Part shown: piece after piece, positions 12,601 through 25,099 of the stretch
Layout of the letters: each line of letters starts with the position of its first letter
Position numbering within the stretch: position 1 is the first letter of the stretch
Assembly (NCBI GenBank): GCA_030264375.1
Contig: JASCQW010000154.1
Coordinates: 20,898,196-20,962,195, forward strand
DNA length: 64,000 nt
Direction: 5' to 3'
DNA from: Carcharhinus longimanus
Lineage: Eukaryota
Translations under genes and position numbers: made by a program
The notes under the pieces: model-generated
The model's input: the letters and a program-made list of their open reading frames with translations, nothing else
What the model was told of the DNA's origin: nothing
The model's database searches: none

Positions 12601-13336
12601 GACCCCAAATCTTATAAAACTTTCAATCAACAACTGAATTGCTTGGGTACTTTATAAAACATTCCTTCATAATGGTTAAATTTGATTTAGATAGCTTTGC
12701 ATTGCAGTTATTCAATGGCTTGCAGTTGAAATCACTTTGTATGGACTTAAAATGTTCCATATGCTTGGCTTATTACAGTCAAAGCTATGTTCAAAATAAT
12801 TGAATGTTAAACACAGTAAGTACAAATGCAGAACTGACCTATTTATAACTGCATGTGAAAACAAAACTGGCAAAACGCAATTTTGTGTAACTTTATGACG
12901 TTGACACAGAAATGCTTCAAAAGATTATCCTAACAAGATTGGCATAATTCTATGCTGTGTATCAGGCATCCTGTAAGTTTATTCACTGACAAGAACCCCA
13001 AATGCCATTTAAAAGGCCAAAATCAAAAAAAGCTAAAGAACGTGGCAAATCCATCAGCAATGCAATCCTCATCCTGAATTGCTCCTTTGGAAATAGTTAA
13101 ATGAAGCACACTAACTCTGTACACACTACAGTTACTCTGTAACTCTACAGCACATATCTCTGGAAGGCATCAATTATAGCATCAAATATTTTATTATTAA
13201 CCAGCAACTCCCAAAGTTACCAACAGAGGACAATAAACAGAACACAAGAGGTACAAGGTAGCATGAATTTATATCAAATACACCAATCAAATAAAATGTT
13301 TAAAAAAAGCAAGAAACTGTGCTTGGTAGAACTCAC

Positions 13337-13386
13337 CCCAAGTCCACCACAGGGTAGCAGTGCATACATCTTCTGTGTGATAGGAC
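13337..13386 (-). CDS. HDAC5: HDAC5 exon: GPITQKMYALLPCGGLG
   Basis: Acceptor tatttag, donor gtgagt; 50 nt, phase 1 to 0; LPCGG carries the fourth structural-zinc Cys. Confidence 0.95.
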
Positions 13387-13744
13387 CTAAATAAACATGC
13401 CAACATAATGGTGAAAAGCTGAGTATATTTTTATTTCTTTGGAAAGACAGTAGAAAATCCTTCACTAACACTCACTTAACTATTATTTAGGTTTATTTAA
13501 TTGCAATTTTCAAGTACTTGAATTAAAATGTTCGAAGTATTTATCGTCAAGAATTTAGCAAGTTAATTACATTACATTCTCAGCCTGCACGACACACCAG
13601 ATAGGAATTTAATTCCTCCAAACCAGCAAATGAATATAATATAGAAACAGATTTTCATGATGCAAACAGAATTCTAACATTGCCAGTCAAAACGAGATTC
13701 GCTTGCTGTAAAGGTCTGTTTCTTCTTTGGACGTTTGAGAATCA

Positions 13745-13975
<231 letters not shown>

Positions 13976-14475
13976 CTACGGATTTCAGATATTTATTCCA
14001 TGAATATTTAAATTAATGTGTCTTCTTACTGATTCCTGACCTTTATAATATTCACCACTGCAAATGCTTTAAACAAAAGTTTGCAGACACCTGAAAGCGT
14101 GAAGATTTAAATACTGTTCAGAACATTCAGTACTCAAAGGGTTAATTACTTAGGTGGCACACATCAGAAATTTCCTGCCTGGGAAACAACAATAAGGAAT
14201 GTGCTGAAGCGGTCTCTGTGCTAACCCAGTTTCCTAAAAATAATATTCAGATACATTCATAAATATGTATAAATTTCAAGTATATAGAGCATAAACACTC
14301 AAATCTCTGATGATTACTTGCTAGAATATATAGACTCCCCATAATAACTAAGCAAGCAGCCTTTACACTGACATTAAAAGTTCCAAATCTGGGTTACACC
14401 TTCAATCCTCAAGTGCTATTTAATTGTTGCATGAGTTCGTTTTTTTGAATCTTGTTCATCAGCGTCAATTACATT

Positions 14476-14804
14476 CAAGAATCAAAGAATCCTACAATGC
14501 ATGAGGAGGCCATTTGGCCCATCGAGTCTGCACTGACCACAAACCCATCCAGACCCTATCCCCATAACCTGATGCATTTGCCCTAACTAATTCCCCTGAC
14601 ACTAAGGGGCAGTTTAGCATGACCAATACACCTAACCCGCACATCTTTGGACAGCGGGAGGAACCTGGAGCTCCCGGAGGAAACCCACTCAGACACGGGG
14701 ACAACGTGTAAACTCCACACAATCAGTGACCCAAGCCAGGAATCGAACCCATGTCCTTGGCACTGTGAGGCAGCAGAGCTAACCACTGTGCCACTATGCC
14801 ACCC
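14476..14804 (-). mobile_element. HE1-type SINE, full length
   Basis: Reverse complement of the consensus, from tail (agaatcctacaatgcatgaggaggcc) to head (ctaaccactgtgccactatgccaccc). Confidence 0.92.
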
Positions 14805-16566
14805 AATAAACATACTTTGCAAGCTGTTAATGCCACACCTCATCTCCCTTATAGCAATTAAAACAGCTGTGTGTCTACTGAGACAAATCCCCAAATAATT
14901 TGGTTTTGAAATGTTGATGTAATTTGAATCATGAGAGCTCACTGCACAGTTCCGTTGAGGAAGTTAGGGCTGATGATCATGGTATAACTGCAGACTGATG
15001 GGTTTACAAGTGAGAGAGATTCCTCCCTCATTTGATAGGATTACAATCTTTAAATCTCCATGGCATTTTACAATGTAATACAAACCATGATTCTCAAATG
15101 AGGAAACTGAATCTATAATGCACTGTTAAAGTTGTGATTCTGAGGAGATGAAACGCTGTGAGCACAACATTAATTATATTTCAAAGTTGTTGGATGATGC
15201 CCTTCGTAGAAGGGTATAGAAACTGAGTGTCAATAGTTGCAAAATAGAACACGTGATTCATTAAAGGATAGAACAAGTTTTATTAAAAAGTAGACTAAAA
15301 TCGCATTGATAGAATTTATTAACCGACAGAATGCAAAAAAGAAACTTTGAAAAAAAGCATTGCCAATTGCACCTACACATCTGGTTGGCTTCTCTCTACA
15401 AACTTTTATGCTCTGCATTTCCCAAATTTTTTTTAATAGTATTTTATTCATGCACAAAAATAAAATACATGAGAGAGATATCACATTGGTGAGCATGGAC
15501 ACATTATACAGATAAAGTTACAACTGTTCCTTTATCATCTGTGCACAGTTATCTGGACCACAGTTTTTTCCTCAGAATAAGAAAGAATGAACAAACTAAA
15601 AATGACTCANNNNNNNNNNNNNNNNNNNNNNNNNNNNNNNNNNNNNNNNNNNNNNNNNNNNNNNNNNNNNNNNNNNNNNNNNNNNNNNNNNNNNNNNNNN
15701 NNNNNNNNNAGACATATGTTACCAGGAAATATAATGCAAAATAGACAAATATTTAAACTAACAGAGTAAGTTTACTACACTGAGTCTACGCTTTGATCAA
15801 ATATTTACTCCAAGTAGTCCAAAACTAACTAAAGATTCAAGGATAGTAATGAATGTTTCTTTTCACTAAGCATGAAAGCAACAACTTCTAATTGTATATG
15901 CATCTGTATGTATTTATTAAAATGGATTGCTGAAGCTGAGGAATAAAACCTATCATACAGAGGCAGCAATAACAGAAATGCTTGGATACATTATAGGTTT
16001 CCTAACATTACAATGGCAAGTGTTCAAAATCCCATCTGTAAAGAGCACCTTGTATTGCACAAGAATGTTTTCTCATTTCCCACAAGTTCAAATGGATTCA
16101 TTAAGCAATATTACTATATTACCATCAACTATACACATCTGTAGGCCCAAATTTGTACTCTGGTCTTTTATGTGTCAACTGAATTTCCCACAATAAATTT
16201 CAATGATCTCTGCAAGACACTTTGAGCTGACTTGAAATCCAGGTTCCAGAGATGAAAGGACACATTGTTCTAACCACTTGTGCCACACCCTGTTCTCCTT
16301 TGGTTTTTAATGAATACAACGCAAAAGCTGCATTATTTTGTATTCAAGACCCAACATTGTTGCGTGACCCCTACATTAACACAGGGCAAATAAGGTGCCA
16401 TCAGTCAATTTTGTTATCTGACAGTTCTTTTAAATGAAGATTCAAATCATGCAGCAAAAAGTCCAGGTTTAGGATGTGACAAAGTTTTTGTCGGGTACTC
16501 TGGACTACATATTATTCCAGAGGCGCCAGCTTCCATTATGGCAGCTGCTGGGTTTTGACACATTTA

Positions 16567-16622
16567 AACCCCAAGCATATGTGGTAGAGTTGAGAAACCC
16601 CAAGCATATGTGGTGGAGTTGA
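16567..16622. repeat. Tandem duplication, 29-bp unit x2
   Basis: aaaccccaagcatatgtggt(a/g)gagttga occurs twice. Confidence 0.85.
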
Positions 16623-17871
16623 AGCATGCAACTTTTGGAAGAAACCTCCAGATCAAAGACGATGTCTAATGTTATCGGTTTAGGACTGGGAACAAGAGGC
16701 AAGAGATCCTGAGGTGTGAAATTGAAAGCTTTTTAAACATTAGATATTTGCTACAAATTGGACTTCACCTTGTTTTAGTTAGCAACTTATTTTTGTTTTT
16801 ATAACTGAATACATCTGTAGCTTTGTGAACTTTGTGTATCTGGCTTGAATTTGGGATTTGCTGCAATTGAACCCAACCTTGTAAAATAACACACAAAAAT
16901 CTTGGAAGATGGTTGTAAACTTTCTTGATATCGATCGACAATTGTGAGTAAATCAGCAGATAAGCTAACAAATGTGTTACAGTTTACAGAACTGCCAAGT
17001 TGGTTGAGCTGTTATGGTCTCAAATTAATTGGCTGGGAAGTTTGATGACTTATGATCCTAAAATAACCAACAGGAAAAATTCCATTCTTGGTGTACAAGC
17101 ACCAACTTTTTGCTTGCGCATACACTTGATCAAACCTATTTCTCATTACAATGCACACAAAGGATTTTCAAATACTCAGGATCGGATAATAGGTGGAAAT
17201 CTTAGAGAATTTCACAGGTTGCCACTTCTAAATAAGCTGACATTCCATGTCGTTAGCACATCCTAAAATATAGAAACTACTTAAAAGTTTCTGGAGAAGA
17301 AGCATTTTTGGCCTATGAACAGTAACATTAGTCCTTTCCAGAGGAGGTGCAAAAGGTCATTAAAAAAAAAATCACACGCCCAAAGTGTGTTGTTAATTCT
17401 TAAGCTAATGCAAAACACAATAACATGAAGCATTGTGTGGATTAGATATCACTGCACTTTGCTGTTGCAAGTTTCACACCTTTTCAGGTACAAGTCCATA
17501 TTTCCAAACTAATCACTTCTGAGATTCTTGACCTCTAAGAGGTGTTTCAAATATAATCCAGGTCACAATTTCACAACAGGGCCCTCTTTCCGATTGTATT
17601 TCATAGAGCTTGCAATTACTTTAATGAATGTGCATATTTAAGATCCTTATCCAGGACTGATGTATTTAAAAAAAACTTAAGAAAACTGAACTTTGAGAAA
17701 GCAGACAGAAAAATTATTCTGTGTTCGCAACGCTTACTGCAGGATCATTGCTCACAAGTTTGCCAGTTGAAACAATCCTCTTTTATTCACTCATTCCTTT
17801 GAAACTGTATTTGGCTCTAGAATTTTTGGAATGCTTTTGAGTCGCAGTTATCCCTTTCCCTGCTTTCTTAC

Positions 17872-18005
17872 CTCACACTTGTTGAGTAGCCCTGTTTCCT
17901 GAAGCCGAGACCAGACACTCTGTATTCTCCCTGCATGTTCTGGATGGTTATTTGTGTTCCCACAAGTGCACTGGTGTTTCAGCATAAAAGTGTCATAGAC
18001 TAAAC
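17872..18005 (-). CDS. HDAC5: HDAC5 exon, start of deacetylase domain: [45 protein letters not shown]
   Basis: Acceptor ctttctag, donor gtaaga; 134 nt, phase 1 to 0; [10 protein letters not shown] motif and the CxC...H zinc ligands. Confidence 0.97.
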
Positions 18006-18269
18006 CTAGAAAGGAGGGAAAGGAAAGAAATTAGCAGGAAGTAGCATATTAAAAAGCACTCTGTAATCTATTTTACATTTTTTGTTTAACAATGCATTGA
18101 CTTTGAACCAGTCAGGTAAATACCATCCAACACAGCTGCAATTTTAATTTTGACTGATCAGTGCTATTTTCCTAAGAGTTCAAATTTGATGTACAATTTC
18201 CAAATTGAATTTTTAAAAAAGTATGTTAGTCTTGGAAGAAACTATTTTCTCTGTCTTTTTCAACAGCCA

Positions 18270-18607
18270 TGATGTGGATGTGCCGGCATTGGACTGGGGT
18301 AAACACAGTAAAAAGTCTGACAACAGCAGGTTTTAGTCCAACCGATTTATTTGATAGTAAACGCACAAGCTTTNNNNNNNNNNNNNNNNNNNNNNNNNNN
18401 NNNNNNNNNNNNNNNNNNNNNNNNNNNNNNNNNNNNNNNNNNNNNNNNNNNNNNNNNNNNNNNNNNNNNNNNNNNNNNNNNNNNNNNNNNNNNNNNNNNN
18501 NNNNNNNNCAGTCTGAATGAATGCTCATTGACCTGAAGCGAACCTCGTACCTCCCTCCGCCAATGCTCCCTGACCTGTTGAATATTTTCCAGCATTTTGT
18601 TTTTCTG
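18270..18607. mobile_element. Penelope-like terminal fragments on both sides of an N gap
   Basis: 18270-18373 matches the 2121-2350 family; 18510-18607 matches the 985-1070 family. Confidence 0.7.
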
Positions 18608-19839
18608 ACGTACACCATTGACATTTTCATTTAGGATTCATCTGGCTAGTAGTAATCTGATTGAACCCAATTCTGACACTGAAATTTCTTGGTCTTCTGA
18701 TGGGGAGTGTAAATACGTCAGGTTGGACTTTGGTCCACCAAAATCTGACACAGCTGTTCTGATCAGAAAGCTTGGGATTAGCTAATTTCCATAATTTAAA
18801 CAGAACAAGCGCGATCGACCTGCAAGCTTAAGGGCAGATTTAGTAGAGAAGGAAATATAATTTGGGTAGGAGGAGACTGACATATGTTATCAGATGTAAA
18901 GAACTATATATAACTAATAGAGTGTTTTAATTGCATAATAATTAAATTTAATTACTTTCAGGTGGTGGGCGTTAATTGGTGTTTCACATGCTCCTATAAA
19001 TAGGAACAGACTGAAGTCACTTTGAATGGAGTAAGGAAGTGTGTATGTGTAATATGCATCCCTCTGTGAAGGAGGTTTGGACTGTCTACTACAGTTCTTG
19101 AATGAAATCTACAAGAAAAATTATCTGTTAAATGCCTACAAGGTAGGGTCAGAATTTGATAGATTTTTGGAAAACCATAGAAGAATATATCATGGACTTC
19201 AACAGATTGCATTAAAGATTGATGAAAGTCAATTTGAGGATTTCTGGATCAGTACTGGAGTTTAAACTGCTGGATTAGGCTAAGGTGTACCATATGGACC
19301 GGATACTAGTGTTTAGTTCTCCGAGAGGCAGACCCTTTTGGATCAGATGTGTGTTGTCTTGAAAGAAATTCCTGGCTATATTGCCATTTCCTTCAGCTTC
19401 ATGGAACAAATGGGACATTCCAGAGTGACACAAAGAATTAAGGACTCAATGATTGCCAGATTTTGAAACAGCCCAGATAATTGAAACAAAAGAAAGATTA
19501 AATACAGGCAGGACAAAGATAAAAGCATCTTTTGCAAATATGTCAATGCAGACAATTGGAATGAAAATAATGGTTGAATGAATCCCAGGAATGCCCAAAG
19601 AACTGTTAATATATGCTTCAGGTGTGATTTGAAGTATCATTATACACTGAACTACCCAAAGCGAAGACGTAGAATTCTCAAAATGATGTGACAGAGAATT
19701 CTGAGAAAGAGTATATGAGGGTAACAGATGAGATTAGTGACAAACGTGAAGAACATAAAATGAATCGACAGATGCTGCCAAATTCTACTGTCAGCCTTCC
19801 ATTGGCATATGACTTTAAGGAGGTCGATGCCGTGGATCT

Positions 19840-20090
19840 AAAGGTCCAGGGTAGGTCATTTTGGACTAAGATGAGAAACGTTTTCACAAAAGACAAAAGG
19901 CTGTGGAGGCTAAGTAACTAAACTTATTTAAGGAGGAAATAGATTTATTTCTAGATTCTAGGGCATTAAGGGGCAGTGGGCGAACATGGTGGTATGACAT
20001 TGAGACAGAGCATCAGGCATGATTATATGGAATGGTGGAGCAGGCTCGAAGGACCAAACACCCTATTCCTGCTCCTATTTTCTATGTTTA
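19840..20090 (+). mobile_element. CR1 3' end nested in the copia element
   Basis: ttggactaagatgagaaacgttttcac...gaatggtggagcaggctcgaagg...ctcctattttctatg. Confidence 0.8.
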
Positions 20091-21012
20091 CTGCAAGTTA
20101 ACAACCACTGTGCTAAGAGCGATTCATGCAAGTAATTCACTTTAGATGACTGGAGGATATATTCCTTATCAATCAGTCTTTCAGTGAAATCCCAAACTTC
20201 CTTCTGATCTGTGTAATAGCTCTCCTTCTCCAGAAGGTACCACAATTAGTTCCATTTTTTCCTGCACATTTGAATGTTTTGCATTCTGGAGAAAATTCAG
20301 GAAGTATTGTACAAAAGGATCTGAGATAAGAATCTAATTCAGGAGATTTGGGATATTATAAAAAGCAAGGTCACAAAGGGTGCTTGTTCACTGCTTAGTT
20401 GAATGGTCAGCCAAGGCTAGATGCTGGTTTTGATGTGTTAAAGTTCAATTCTAAATGAAATGCACTGAAGTACAGAACATTCTACTGGCAAATAAAACGA
20501 AGAATGTGAAATCTGAATAAATTTGCGCTCAAGTTCCCTTCCTCAGATAACCCAAGGAGTATGATTTTAAACAATGCTTCACATGCTAATCTTTCTGATG
20601 GGTATTCTAGTCCAGCTGGTTTCATAATATTTCTGATGAGTGAAAATGGGAAATTTTTTTAGCTTGGTAAGCTAATAAAATAAAAAAGGGTTGTTAAAAG
20701 TACTCCGGCTGTCTAAACACTGGCTTCTGTGGAGATAATAGTAATAGGATTCTGCTTGTCAAATACTTTATAAGTGATATTTTTTACAATAGACTTACTG
20801 AAGACTGTATACTCATTGAATATTATGTAGATAATTGTTCATTGTGAGAGTGTACACTTCAAGAAGGAAGAGTAACTAAGTTTATGGATTTGTCTTGCAG
20901 GCTCAAAACAAGTACTGGAGAGAAAGAAAATGTCTAAAATTAAATGGATGGTTGCAAGTCATCAGCTGTTGGATTGTGTACAAAGAAATTGTTATGGTGC
21001 TAGGGGAGGGGG

Positions 21013-21317
21013 TGTCACAATATAATGATTTGCGCAGAAAATTGGTTGATTTGTGTTTGAAATTTTGTATGTATATAAGACTAATTTTTTATTTAAAGAG
21101 AGAAGGAAATCTGTTAATTGTGTATTAATTGCATTTAATTGTATTCAGGTGGTGAGATTCACTTGTGATCCTATGAATAGGAACATACTGAAATTGTGAT
21201 TCATGGGACGAGGAGGTAAAGTTTGTAATGTGTATCTTTGTAAATAGTTGCTTATTAAAGTCTGTATAGATTGACTCCAGTTCCATCCATCATCACCTGG
21301 TTTTCTGGATTATAACA
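21013..21317 (+). repeat. 3' LTR of the copia-type element; partner LTR remnant at about 18820-19070
   Basis: TG...CA ends. Blocks gagaaggaaat, ttaattgcat, ttcaggtggtg and cctat.aataggaaca.actgaa are shared with 18846-19070. Confidence 0.8.
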
Positions 21318-21874
21318 GAGCAGACTCCGGCAAGAAAGAATGAAAAGGCTGTTACATCAGAAGCCAAGTCTTAACTTCTCAGACTGGATTGGAAACATAG
21401 TTATCTTTGGTTAGAAAAGCATACAGCAGTTGGAGATGTATGAGTTGCTGTGCCTCAGTGGTTTCCGAAGACTTCTTATTTAACGTTTCTATATATAATC
21501 TTCAATTGGTCCACCAGCTCCCACTTGCCTCTAAAGATAACTGTGAAATATTTGATTAAGTTGCTCAAAGAGACCCTTCTTCATGCAGAGGTTGGAAGCC
21601 AGTAGACAGGGCATTGAAGAGCAAGATGCTGCAGTCCAATGTAACTCTGGCGACATAGGCGACCACTCATTCACATTTAGTCTTTCACCCTGTCTCTGCT
21701 CTTAGTAAGACTGAAACACCCACTGAAAAGGGGGTGGGGGTACAGGTTGTATAGGCAGGGCACTTGGTGAAACAAAGAACACAAGGGAGCCAAAGAATGC
21801 AGACATGGTGCATGATGAAGATGATAATAGCAACTGCTGGTTGCATAGCCTGCAGACAATCGTCTAAAGACAAA

Positions 21875-22030
21875 GTCTCAGTAGGTCTGGCAACATCTGT
21901 AAGGAGAGAAAAGAGCTGACATTGAGTCCAGATTATCCTTTGTCAAAGCTTTGCCAGACCTGCTGACATTTTCCAGTATTTTCTGTTTTGGTTTCAGGTT
22001 CTAGCATCAGCAGTAATTTGCTTTTAATTA
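21875..22030. mobile_element. Short fold-back Penelope-like terminus
   Basis: ctcagtaggtctggcaacatctg is inverted relative to gccagacctgctgacattttccag. Confidence 0.7.
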
Positions 22031-23489
22031 TCTGAAGAGTTGCATTATCAAGAACAGGGCAGCAGCTAGGAATGAGGGAGTTGCATGGCCTCTCCCATAA
22101 TGTGCAATAGTTGGCTGGGCAAGTAACACAAAACACTGATGTGATGTGTGCCAACAATTAAAAGAGTTTTAATTCATGACGTTTCAGTCTGGAGAAAATG
22201 GTAGCCGCAGGAGCTCTTACAGACTTTCCACTGCTCATTCAACTGATGTGGAGACATGGAATGAATGCAAGCTTCACAAATTCAAGTTGCATTAATGACA
22301 CCATAGCCAATCCATTAATGCAATTCTAATTCCGTCCCAGTAAAACATTTCTTAAGATGACACTGGCAAAGGTCAATTCTTTTGAGGATGCATCACTCTA
22401 TGCTTGTATCGTTCTATGCTCCATATCACCCAAGCACCAGCATACAGCTTTTTGGAGAACAGGGCCATTCCCAGCTCTACTGAGCAGGGTAGAGATAAGG
22501 ACTACAGAAGCTTAACAATGACAAGAAAACTGCTTGCTGCTCACTAGCAGCTATACCTGCTAAAGGAAATCTGGTCAATGGCTGAACGTATAGCAAAGTC
22601 TGCTTTCACCTGAAGGGTATCTATCATCTCTCATTGCATCAGCATTCTTCAGTCTACCTTGAAGAGCGTGGTCAGCTCCACAAATGCTATAGCCAATATT
22701 CACAATGGAAATAAGAGTCAGCAGCTTTTGAAGTCTTGTCATAAGCTCAAAGAACTGCCATCTAGGTTCTGAGCTCCACCTTAGAGAAATTAGTAGATCA
22801 TATGTATCAAAGTTTTCAAGGAATTACTCATCATTTGCTGTCTGTACACTGTTGGAAGTGATGGCTCCCTGCCCTGAGGGACTGGCAGTACTGCTATGGG
22901 TGCAGCACTGCTTGCTATGTCTCAGGAGGTCAGCATGTTGTCATCTTCTTCAATTTCTCCAAATATTTGTAATGATGGCTTAAGCAACCAGAAGAGTAAG
23001 GATCCAAACACGGGCAACAGATTTTTCATTGGCTTTGCTGGGAAAACTAGAGAATAATTCAGAGGATAGTAAACTTAGAAAGCCTTCTGACAAGAATAAC
23101 ATCATGGAGTGATGTTTGTTGAGAAATGACAGGAAGAGAACTATGTAAATAGTTACCATTATCACACTTGTACTTTTGTCTGCATTGTGGTTTTAATAGC
23201 AGCTTTTGAGTCTGCATTGTCAGTATGATACTGATATAAAGTTGGCTGATCTTTTTAAATGAAAGATTATGGGAGTTGCGAAGGATGCAACAAGCATTGT
23301 TAATGCTGAGGGGTAGTGTATAACTTTTCAAGGCAAGTAAATGATGTCACCATATGCATTGTGAAACTGACTCATCTCAGGCATCTCTCATTGAGAGGCA
23401 TTTGTTCCTCCCTGTTTCTTTCTTGGTTTTACACTGACCTTCTTTGTCAGAGGAGCATGCTACTGTGCTTGTGTGAAATGTTGGTTGCT

Positions 23490-24300
23490 CTTTATGGCAA
23501 GGTTCTGCAAGATACAATACACCATTATGGTTCAGAGAATACTCTTTTTGAGGGATATTATAGGGAGCCCTTAGGCAGGTCCAACAACCTAAACTATTGC
23601 TTCAGAAGCCCTGTTAATGATCATGCTGGTGGATCCACTACATTAAATAATCACATCTATGTTACACAGCAGTGATAGGGTTATTGAGGGATGTCATATG
23701 CCACAAATGTTGCTGTCGTCCTCCAACAGCAATGCTGTCACATTGATGGGATCGATGCAATATTGGGGCTGGTTGAGTTCCCAGGATACATGAATTACGA
23801 CAGCAGCTTAGATATCTTGCATAAACTTGCATGATCAGACATTGCTTTATAGTAGCCCTATTCAATTTATGAGTGCTGCTGGATGATCTGCTACCCTAAT
23901 GTGTGTGCAATTATTTCCCAGACTCAAGGGAAATCAGCCACTGTTGAAAATCCCTGAGCTATATCTTGTTCCATCCTGTTGACTATTGAGGTCACTGGAG
24001 GCGGTGATTTATTGATTAGTTCTAGTGAAAAGGGAATTGGTGACCTGCTTAATGCAGTTGTAACTCGCAGACAGTGGGCTGTTCTTGCAGCAAATTGGAA
24101 GCAGCCAATGGCAAAGAAAAAGAAGGGTTAGTCATACCATAGCCCGCATTGCAAAATATGGCCTCTGGTCCCGTTGCAGAGATCTACAATGACAGCTGGG
24201 CCAAGGGAGGTCTTCCCGCTCATTTAAACATTTGTCGTCTTTTATAGATTTAAGAAATGGATTCTTGGCCTGTCCACCTTATGTGTTGGCTATGGCTCTC
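23490..24300 (-). mobile_element. PIF/Harbinger transposase fossil, nearly full span
   Basis: Minus strand, in order: HKVDRPRIHFLNL, FFAIGCFQ, CIKQVTNSLFTRTNQ, AQGFSTVADFP, NCTHI, IMQVYARY..CRNSCIL, WHMTSLNNP, GLLKQ*FRLLD...SL*YP, IMVYCILQNLAIK. Confidence 0.88.
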
Positions 24301-25099
24301 TAGATGCATCCCCTCTGATATCTTGTCTTTTAATTGGCCAAGCTGTTGTTCATGCTGGTTGCTGAGGCAACTGCTGCTCCTCTTCTTCATTATCTAGCAA
24401 TAACACCTGTGATAAGCAGACTGAGCTCAAAGAAGTTGATTAAGGTAGATAATATCAGAAAGAAGCGATCTGGAAGCAGTTTTTGCAATGCAAACAGCAT
24501 AATGCATTCAGATGCTCTGATGCAATTAGATGAAACATCTTTAAACGTTCATTCAGTGCCAGTGACACTAATCCCGCTCATTTCTACCAGTGGGTTGTCA
24601 TGAAACAAGACTCCAGGATTTGTGATCATATTTGGATCATACACACGATCACAATTTGTATTAATTCATGAGGTCTCTGTCCAGTTCTGTGCTTGAACCC
24701 CACAGAAAAAAACTTGCGGCTAAAATGTCGTCTGGCAGGAATGGAACAGCAATGTTAACCAAACAATCATCTGCCCATGCGATTCCTGACAGAAGGTTAC
24801 ATTTTCCATTATAGAAAGAATCTGTTCAATATTCAAAGGACTTAGGGGAACCCAAAAGAATCGTCGTCTCTATCTCAAGAAGCTCGGTGTCAATTTCATT
24901 TGAGGCTATGTGCCTTGTGGAGTTTATTATGTTAAAGGTGCTATATAATGTATTGCTTTTGTAATTTTGATACAAGGACTCTCGGTATTTAGTTTGCCTG
25001 TACCCTTTTGTTTTACAAGAAATGTGATGATAGAGCTAAGGCTTATAATGTAATGTCTTACTGTGACAGTTAAGATTTCACAAACCATAAAGCAGTTGG

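Larger units (their letters stand above)
18820..21317 (+). mobile_element. Decayed Ty1/copia-type LTR retrotransposon: 5' LTR remnant, gag with zinc knuckle, RT end and RNase H, PPT, 3' LTR; internal deletion
   Basis: Gag-like LLQFLNEIYKK...AYK..SEFDRF...SVLEFKLLD; CFRCDLKYHYTLNYP at 19614-19658. RNase H-like NASHANLSDGYSSPAGFIIFL, W*ANKIKRVVKST, VDNCSL, IKWMVASHQLLDC. PPT aggggaggggg (21002-21012) is followed by TGTCACAAT...ATTATAACA. Confidence 0.85.

Noticed and set aside
16567-16622. Short direct repeats (also 46638 and 56497) as CRISPR-like arrays
   Set aside because: Only two adjacent units, no spacers, eukaryotic context; simple slippage duplications.
16475-16981. TGTGACA...TGTTACA segment as a possible solo LTR
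   Set aside because: No target-site duplication (agga versus gttt) and no second copy in the window.
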